Of a stretch of 64,000 nucleotides of DNA, positions 59,101-64,000 are shown one piece after another. This stretch comes from an uncultured bacterium (GTDB lineage: Bacteria; Zixibacteria; MSB-5A5; CAIYYT01). Within the stretch, counting starts at the first letter, position 1. Each line of letters starts with the position of its first letter. The stretch lies in contig CAVSCK010000001.1 of the NCBI GenBank assembly GCA_963726455.1, positions 1 through 64,000 on the forward strand, in the 5' to 3' direction. The position numbers and the translations under genes were made by a program. The notes below the pieces were generated by a model, which saw only the letters and a list, made by a program, of their open reading frames with translations, searched no databases and had not been told where the DNA came from.

Positions 59101-60756
59101 GTCGCTTGGTGGGATGGCGATGGTCACTGGGTGTATTCTGAAGACGTGTTCTTCCCGTCGACCGTAGCCGGCTTCAACACTGCGGAGCACACAGTGGAAT
59201 TCGCCACTACGTGCCTGCACGGAACCTACGCGCTGGTCAAGCGCACTCTGTATAACGGACAGGAAATTGTCACCCGCAAGGATATGATTCCGAGCTGTGG
59301 CAACTATACCAGCCCGTTCCCGTCATTCCATTACCAGTTCTCAGAGCCATTCCCGAATTCAATTGAATGGTCAACTCTGCAGGTCCTGGTGGACGGCGTT
59401 CCCGTCTATCTCGGCCCTGATGCGGACTGGGTAGCTTCACCGGGAGTCAAGGGCGTCTCGACGCCGAAGACCCTTGATGAGGCGGACTTCTGGGAAGTCA
59501 ATATTGATGAAGTTTCCGGCGTCGTAATGGTTGAGTACATCGAGCCGGGTAGCCCCGATGGCAACTCGGAAGTTACCGATCCGTCCGAGACCAATTCGCC
59601 GCTTGCTTGTGGCGAACACACGCTGTTCATCAAGGCCACGAACATCCAGTTGAAGCCTCAGTTCCTTGAGGATCACTTCGTGGTTGATTGCCAGAAGCCG
59701 GTCGTAACCTTCCCGAACTCTTACATTGGGAAGGATCCGACGATCCACTTTACGATTAACGATGACGCATCCGGCGTAAAATGGGATTCCGTTTTCGTCG
59801 ATGTGTTCTTTGTCTCTACGGACGATAGCGCCAGTGCCTACTACGGCTATCCGCGGGAGAGAGTCACCTTTATCCAGACCTTCTTCCCGGGTCAAATCGA
59901 GAACTATCTGTCCGGCAATTCCGTGTCGATTCCGACCAGCTACGATCTGTCGAACAAGCGCGCGATGTTAGTTGTCGTGTACAACGGCCACCGTCGCGTC
60001 TACTTGGACGGTGATCAAAACTGGGGTATCGATCCGGGTGCTTACGATCAATTCCAGGAGTACTACCTCGCAGATGGTGGCGCTCCGGATTGTGTCGGCA
60101 ACAATGCGACGCCTCATGTCCAGTGGTTTACTGTTGACTCACGGGCGCCGATTATCACACGGAATTCGACGACAGCGACCTGCCCGATGGTGTTCACTAT
60201 CGGGGATGACGGCGCCGGTGTTACCGCTGCCGACATCACGATCCTTGAAGACGGTATCGCGTTGGGCGAAGGTGCTGAACAGAGTTCGGCTTCTGCGGTC
60301 AACAGTGGTGGTAAGTGGTACTTCGCGCCTTCTGGTGGCGGCGGACTGCTTTACTACTGCCCGACTGCGGGTGTCAAGGCTGAGATCGTGATTACCGACG
60401 AAGTTGGTAACGTGGTCTCGTTGCTGGTCTTCCCAGAGTCACCGCTTGCTGAAGGCGATGTCGTGGCGATGGCCGGTCCGAATCCGTTTGACCCTGCTCA
60501 GGATGCTTTCAACCTGAAGATTAGCTTGCATTCGTCGGCTAATGTGACGGTGAAGATCTATGACATGGGTGGCGATCTGATTACGACGCTGAGAAGCGGC
60601 GCAGCCATGAACGCCGGTGATAACCTTGTTGCCTGGAATGGAACCGCCGATGGTGGCCGGATGGTCGCAAGGGGCGCCTATCTCGCTCACATCGTCGCCG
60701 AAAATTCCGGTGGCAGTGCTCAGACTGTGGTCAAAATCGCAGTGGTTGAGAAGTAA
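53122..60756 (+). CDS. Giant (2,544 aa) secreted multi-Ig-like protein with C-terminal FlgD/T9SS-type sorting domain
   Basis: Signal peptide MKYVRNLALL...AFG; recurring D.AGN and D..AP Ig-type motifs; C-terminus GPNPFDP...VTVKIYDMGGDLITTL...WNGTADGGRMVARGAY. Confidence 0.85.
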   Translation: MKYVRNLALLAVVMLLTWSVGGGTAFGQAYTVLTTPHDTVANNATNIQLLQVELTGFDTDTLTSVKLRSYIEKEYAISSIKLFKNAAATPFKTYTISGRFDANYEATLAGFNVPFDANDTLTVKVDAWTDSVDTDTSYHMTGLEVVIPPKGLVFKHDGVNDTLFNGTGNDWIANPAINSSDGLWNTAPPDYIVLFDLYAPIYDVAVTILDTTTVPNDCTNIVNIGDSLFILVSNVNEEVSGNSVKVDLSAFGGDAAHELNYHANGAGFADDTWTDTVRVGSGSLDVIPGYVIYFTATDNAGNTGTESYQFVEPIDDIAPVFDSLKFFISQNNMGSDTSAALGDRLTVIAYMTSNGYFENTRVVAVDRWNNFRSDTTTWEMEDITNGNNIWRVDIWLTTPLPIDLPVGDTILKHIYLTAFDDACNSTTDSTNLDNAIDLDPPVFSNALYHTIDNADSSSCTNLGDSVRVSADLTGSPDVASVWGDFLHAGIGGTATEAFVNKAGDWENRWKIGSLTDPALDPESQYARDMNSLPVNTDYTVWIYAEDDAGNLDSMQTTALTAVLGGSTLLDTRRPTAIDPDSVVIKQLAGGKLQLLWPASYPSQAGDAQFFYVYVDSTGAGFNYDNIFGTTFNLAYDNAVGPDTNAWKSEVLTNGKTYRFVIRTKDDCGNPEFNTNMFSAEADAAAPIACVVFPSVADTGKYYGPGKPLNITATTTAHDLATAWVTYRRHDVPSGSWGPWVDGRTIGTIGLMTIEGQTLFEGIVLGDAPSTKGYYQLYILTTDSAGNVLPLDTAQAYCSAFTFFWNPDQLVADIYTINGSASPQNPGCGFTVWRDSVNTAVVTVMDPLTTPVYTIDAWVMFMYPDVPENQDSVRIDFKDFQTVPYSFGFSVTDWPKSNDGIPTKLYVRITNSQNGASGLDSVTLCVPDVKAPDITMTYPAAYSRVPIAKSSMNMVPVRAKILGTSYDPDSPVRMEFFYQLDGTSEWVKIGETGTPLASKGIGGKTALISPSFPEFQVMWDNSALSEGFVWLKAIVHDNVDNTQESPAIKVYLDKTVPLMTLSIPDALMLNGKLTVMDPGFDHFINLNAEITNNTIDIAKVEFFISYRDSVDLVKFYHKIGDGYAALNNSIWRYEWFISEWTHTWDGEEWEDNGWMKCGFDYKLRIKVTDIAGNVYDDTDGDGQFDDYTFWANPFAAPISLITPADASKLIFRLDCGAPQVAIYEATAGDRTYQTPSTLLGGPGIIYMKKGESVGVQSVILDSLADLTGIEQVEYFFDSPVQDDWVSVGVATASPYHVSFDPFALGLITKDDVFHNEFHGGIRAILTDSLHQTTQDQIELIVLDTFPGDAAWRTPTQPYVWGSVDMSIWALQGDDAYRQVVYKYKTAGGAWTDITTVRRIDDADIYFTGVWATLNTVPDGAYILGFETTDQNLNVKSADENPQINVNVQNAMPTITISSPTNGSFICGGEIFVAEVGNGPVGYVDFQWKTTTSTSWENFSGPGDNFAPWQKIFETPEEFVDGFYNFRAVVVNQAGREGFSPMITLFFDGTNPLARILSIQAPDTSDVEYNNDYSVSIDRTAGVVTVSTIAIDSLSSAGSQAIYNSGVASVGLYLTTGSGPSSDELIASGTPDASGHFTFSWDVSGLAPGTYVLLFKAYDNVGCNVGTDSVVVYIFMPTSPYALVAGFWNGKIVGVTYSDEPVQFQYKTTGDWIPIGIGHEETSESFFYYDNRWQSYAVYAADWLPADGSYQLRMLNSMGEDFAPVLSATISGGVMTATSNPASGWGPGTIEKNAEQGCNLEGVARFTSSFGFPFGVNISMDQDDQDFVYQLVDFKNYPQQGTSQLYAGPFEFFEMEDGGPAWGEVFFCDYNNGVGYSSSQSLATWWVTNDLGTGGTIKLSPNGVDTIWVSIPQEFEPSSSGFGDALVIWESSKPDPCVWQDYILTPVSNRNGQANYIGLPGLNCEGLCTSGSDERYAKVKMTYDEGCNLPEESLLVAWWDGDGHWVYSEDVFFPSTVAGFNTAEHTVEFATTCLHGTYALVKRTLYNGQEIVTRKDMIPSCGNYTSPFPSFHYQFSEPFPNSIEWSTLQVLVDGVPVYLGPDADWVASPGVKGVSTPKTLDEADFWEVNIDEVSGVVMVEYIEPGSPDGNSEVTDPSETNSPLACGEHTLFIKATNIQLKPQFLEDHFVVDCQKPVVTFPNSYIGKDPTIHFTINDDASGVKWDSVFVDVFFVSTDDSASAYYGYPRERVTFIQTFFPGQIENYLSGNSVSIPTSYDLSNKRAMLVVVYNGHRRVYLDGDQNWGIDPGAYDQFQEYYLADGGAPDCVGNNATPHVQWFTVDSRAPIITRNSTTATCPMVFTIGDDGAGVTAADITILEDGIALGEGAEQSSASAVNSGGKWYFAPSGGGGLLYYCPTAGVKAEIVITDEVGNVVSLLVFPESPLAEGDVVAMAGPNPFDPAQDAFNLKISLHSSANVTVKIYDMGGDLITTLRSGAAMNAGDNLVAWNGTADGGRMVARGAYLAHIVAENSGGSAQTVVKIAVVEK

Positions 60757-60768
60757 GTAAGGAAGACA

Positions 60769-60802
60769 AGGATGAGTCTCCCCGAAACGGGAGACTCATC
60801 CT
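60769..60802 (+). other. Perfect 14-bp intergenic hairpin without U-tract
   Basis: AGGATGAGTCTCCC-cgaaac-GGGAGACTCATCCT. Confidence 0.75.
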
Positions 60803-60847
60803 GTGAATTTGAAATGAACTCTTATGTATAGGAGGGGAGATTTCGAG

Positions 60848-61750
60848 ATGAGAAATCACCTGATGAAGTTGGTAATCTTCGCCGGATTACTTTCGACTCT
60901 CCTGATCGGTTGGAGCGGTCTGGCCCTTGCCGAAGACAACCACGGCTTTACGACGTTCCGTTCGGGCGTCGGCGCGCGTGCTTTGGCCATGGGCGGTGCC
61001 TATACCGCAGTTGCCGACAACGCAGATGCAGGGTATTGGAACCCCGCAGGACTGACAGGGATCGAAAGGTTCAATCTTACCAGCATGATTTCCGCTAATA
61101 TGTCCTATGATCGAAAGTATAATTACCTCGCTCTGGGATATAATTTCGGAAGAGCCGGCTGGGGAGGATTTTCCTGGGTGAACGGCGGCATGAAGGATCT
61201 CGCAAAGACGGACGGCGGCTTTAATGGCAGCGGCACGTTCAATGCGGATGAACATGGATTCCTGTTTAGCTATGCTAACAAGATGAACAGACTCAATGTG
61301 GGTATGACCTTTAAGGTCGCCTACTCGAAAATCGACAGTTACTCCAAGACCGGTGTTGGCTTTGATGCCGGTATCAAGTATCTGTTGAGCGACAATGTTC
61401 ATCTCGGTATTACCGCGAGAGACCTTGGCACGAAGATCGGCCGTGATCACATCCCGGCCAACTTCCACCTGGGTATCGCTGCTTTTGCGTTTGAAGGTTT
61501 TACCTTCGCGGCTGATGTCGAAAAGATTCAGTACCGTGACAACGTGAAGGCGCATCTCGGCGCCGAGTACGATTATGAATTTGCTCAGAATTACTTCGGC
61601 GCGGTCCGCGCCGGTGTCAATGACGGCAAGTTCTCGGTCGGTGCCGGCCTCACCGTGATGGGCAAGTATGCCATCGATTATGCATACGTCACCGAGCAGG
61701 AAACTTTCCTGGGCGAGAATCATCGCGTCTCCTTGACGCTGAGCTTCTAA
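60848..61750 (+). CDS. PorV/PorQ-family outer-membrane beta-barrel
   Basis: GVGARALAMGGAYTAVADNADAGYWNPAGL; IDYAYV...HRVSLTLSF. Confidence 0.87.
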   Translation: MRNHLMKLVIFAGLLSTLLIGWSGLALAEDNHGFTTFRSGVGARALAMGGAYTAVADNADAGYWNPAGLTGIERFNLTSMISANMSYDRKYNYLALGYNFGRAGWGGFSWVNGGMKDLAKTDGGFNGSGTFNADEHGFLFSYANKMNRLNVGMTFKVAYSKIDSYSKTGVGFDAGIKYLLSDNVHLGITARDLGTKIGRDHIPANFHLGIAAFAFEGFTFAADVEKIQYRDNVKAHLGAEYDYEFAQNYFGAVRAGVNDGKFSVGAGLTVMGKYAIDYAYVTEQETFLGENHRVSLTLSF

Positions 61751-61771
61751 GCTAATTCGCTTCGAAGATAG

Positions 61772-61805
61772 ACGCCCCGTTCTTTCACGAACGGGGCGTT
61801 TTTTT
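61772..61805 (+). terminator. Terminator after the PorV-like gene
   Basis: ACGCCCCGTTC...GAACGGGGCGT followed by a T-run. Confidence 0.85.
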
Positions 61806-61919
61806 ATCGGCAGTAATCCAAGCCAATTTCTCGCGTAAGTAATGTGCTGGGAGTTTCCCCTTGATTTAATGCCCGGATTAGCTAAGATTAGGCCGTACAC
61901 TCCAGGAAGGTGGTCAAAA

Positions 61920-64000
61920 GTGAAAGACTATAACGAAATCGTCGAGTGCGATATTCCCGATGAATTGCCACTGCTGCCGTTGACCTCTACGGCTGTCTTC
62001 CCGCATGCGGTGGTGTCCCTGCAAGTGCGTTTGGCCAAGTCTCTCAAACTACTGGAGGAAAAGGGCGGCGAGAATCAGATCATCGCCACTTTCATCACGC
62101 GCAAGGGTATCACGGTTGTCAATTCCATCGAGGACATCCACAAGATCGGCGTCGCCGTGCGCGTCATTTCCAAAGTCAAAATTCCCAACAACACCGTTCA
62201 GCTAGTCCTGCAAGGCATCAGGAGAATCCAGGTCGAACGACTGCTAGCGATGGAGCCATATATCATGGCACACTGCGAATGCCTTCCTGAAACAGGGACC
62301 GTGGCCGACAAAGCCCTTGCCGACAAACTCGAAAAAGCGCTCACGCTGTTCGAGCAGGTAGCTCAACTTGACAATCGTTACCCGGCGGAGATGGTACAAG
62401 TGATGAAAGTCAACGCCGAAGACTATGACCGCTTTGCCGACCTACTGGCCAGCTATCTCAACTTCGGCCTCGGCGAAAAGCAGTACCTGGTGGCTGCCAC
62501 CGACCTCGCCGACCGCTACGACCGCCTTATCAAGCTAATGACCGCCGAAATCCAGAAACTGCATGTCTCTGCCGAGGTGGAAAAACAGGTACGGATCGAC
62601 GTCGACAAGAGCCAGCGCCAGTTCTATCTCAGGCAGCAAATGGATGCCATCAAGAAGGCGCTGGGCGAGGAGGAGGGCACCGGCGCGGAACTGGCCGAGG
62701 TGCGCGAGAAGATCAAACAGGCCGAGCTGCCGGCGCCGGCACAGATTGCCGTAGATCGAGAGTTGGAACGGCTACAAAATATGTCTTCTATGTCCGCCGA
62801 ATATAATGTGGTGCGAACCTACCTTGACTGGATCATTGACCTGCCCTGGAGCCGATCTTCGTCCGACAATCTTGACATAAAGGCGGCCCGTGAAATTCTT
62901 GAGGCCGACCATTATGGATTGGAGAAGGTGAAGGAGAGAATTCTGGAGTTCTTGGCCACCCGACACCGTAAGGAGAATCCTCACGGTCCGATACTCTGTT
63001 TCTCCGGCCCTCCCGGGGTTGGCAAAACCTCACTTGGGAGGTCTATAGCTCGCGCTTTGGCCAGGAAGTTCGTCCGCATTTCGGTAGGTGGGATGCGCGA
63101 TGAAGCCGAAATCCGTGGCCACAGAAGGACTTACGTCGGAGCCATGCCCGGCAAGATCGTCCAGGAGATTCGCAATTGCGGGTTCAATAACCCGCTCTTT
63201 ATGATTGATGAGATCGACAAGATGGGGTCCGATTTCCGTGGCGATCCGTCCTCGGCGATGCTGGAAGTGCTCGATCCGGAGCAGAACTTCTCATTCCACG
63301 ACCTCTATCTCGATCTGCCGTTTGACCTGAGCAAGGTCTTCTTTATTGCTACAGCCAACATGGTTGACATGATCCCGCCGCCGCTGCGCGACCGAATGGA
63401 GGTCATTGAGATATCGGGCTACACGCTCATGGAGAAGGTCAAGATCGCACAGAAGTACCTGATCCAGAGACAGATTGAGGCCACCGGACTGAAAGCCGAG
63501 GAAATCACATTTACCGAGGGAGCGCTCTCGAAGATCATCTCCGGCTATACCTATGAGGCCGGAGTTCGGAATCTGGAAAGAAACATCAGCTCCATCTGCC
63601 GAAAGGTAATGGTGCGGATTCTTGACAGCAAAACCACGTCGGCCAAGATCACCGAGAACGAAGTCGAACAGCTTCTGGGGCCGCCGCAGGTCATTCCTGA
63701 GGTCGCTAATCGCTCTCCAGAAGTCGGTATTGTCACCGGCTTGGCATGGACTCCGGCCGGAGGCGATCTCCTGTTTATCGAGACCACTAAGATGAAGGGT
63801 AGCGGCAAAGTCATGGTCACCGGTCAACTGGGCTCGGTGATGGAAGAGTCGGTGGAAGCGGCCTATTCGTACGTTCGCTCGAGGGCCGACCAGTTGGGAA
63901 TTGATCCTGAAGTATTCGAGCAAGTTGATGTTCACATTCACTTCCCGGAGGGGGCGACTCCAAAAGACGGGCCGTCGGCAGGAGTTGCAGTGACCGTGGC
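61920..64000 (+). CDS. lon: Lon (La) ATP-dependent protease, truncated by the window end; absent from the ORF track
   Basis: GTG start MKDYNEIVECDIPDELPLLPL; Walker A GPPGVGKTS; HRRTYVGAMPG; in-frame HFPEGATPKDGPSAG at the window end. Confidence 0.95.
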   Translation, partial: MKDYNEIVECDIPDELPLLPLTSTAVFPHAVVSLQVRLAKSLKLLEEKGGENQIIATFITRKGITVVNSIEDIHKIGVAVRVISKVKIPNNTVQLVLQGIRRIQVERLLAMEPYIMAHCECLPETGTVADKALADKLEKALTLFEQVAQLDNRYPAEMVQVMKVNAEDYDRFADLLASYLNFGLGEKQYLVAATDLADRYDRLIKLMTAEIQKLHVSAEVEKQVRIDVDKSQRQFYLRQQMDAIKKALGEEEGTGAELAEVREKIKQAELPAPAQIAVDRELERLQNMSSMSAEYNVVRTYLDWIIDLPWSRSSSDNLDIKAAREILEADHYGLEKVKERILEFLATRHRKENPHGPILCFSGPPGVGKTSLGRSIARALARKFVRISVGGMRDEAEIRGHRRTYVGAMPGKIVQEIRNCGFNNPLFMIDEIDKMGSDFRGDPSSAMLEVLDPEQNFSFHDLYLDLPFDLSKVFFIATANMVDMIPPPLRDRMEVIEISGYTLMEKVKIAQKYLIQRQIEATGLKAEEITFTEGALSKIISGYTYEAGVRNLERNISSICRKVMVRILDSKTTSAKITENEVEQLLGPPQVIPEVANRSPEVGIVTGLAWTPAGGDLLFIETTKMKGSGKVMVTGQLGSVMEESVEAAYSYVRSRADQLGIDPEVFEQVDVHIHFPEGATPKDGPSAGVAVTV

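Noticed and set aside
60887-63941. Long antisense ORFs (60887-61900, 63291-63941) and similar shadows elsewhere
   Set aside because: They lie opposite well-supported genes and arise from codon bias.

Overview
The window has two parts. Bases 1 to ~5.75 kb are very GC-rich and frameshift-riddled. They carry an Acidobacteria-type ABC permease, an esterase, a methyltransferase, a LuxR regulator, VapBC and HicB-like toxin-antitoxin genes and an IS481 end. From ~5.75 kb on, GC is moderate and the sequence much cleaner. Repeated C-terminal dockerin-like domains and a FlgD-tailed giant protein followed by PorV suggest a Zixibacteria-like FCB-group genome (inference). This part encodes dockerin-tagged peptidases, paired amidohydrolases, Def, GlnA, a TonB-dependent receptor with Ca-binding inserts, a CusCBA-like efflux system, RtcA, a HydABC/NfnABC-type flavoenzyme, PepF, RsgA, a 2,544-aa secreted protein plus PorV, and a truncated Lon. 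The top finding is an apparently undescribed RiPP locus at 35.3-38.8 kb. Two radical SAM/SPASM enzymes sit among three 31-33 aa precursor genes that the ORF track missed. The precursors share a leader M[RK]FIEQP[MI]P[DE], a variable two-Cys core, a [YF][YF]PIxP tail, a strong RBS and a shared 3' hairpin. A candidate leader-peptide attenuator upstream of rsgA and a poly-G promoter spacer are also notable. No tRNA, rRNA or CRISPR array was seen. All family calls come from reading motifs by eye; no database searches were run.
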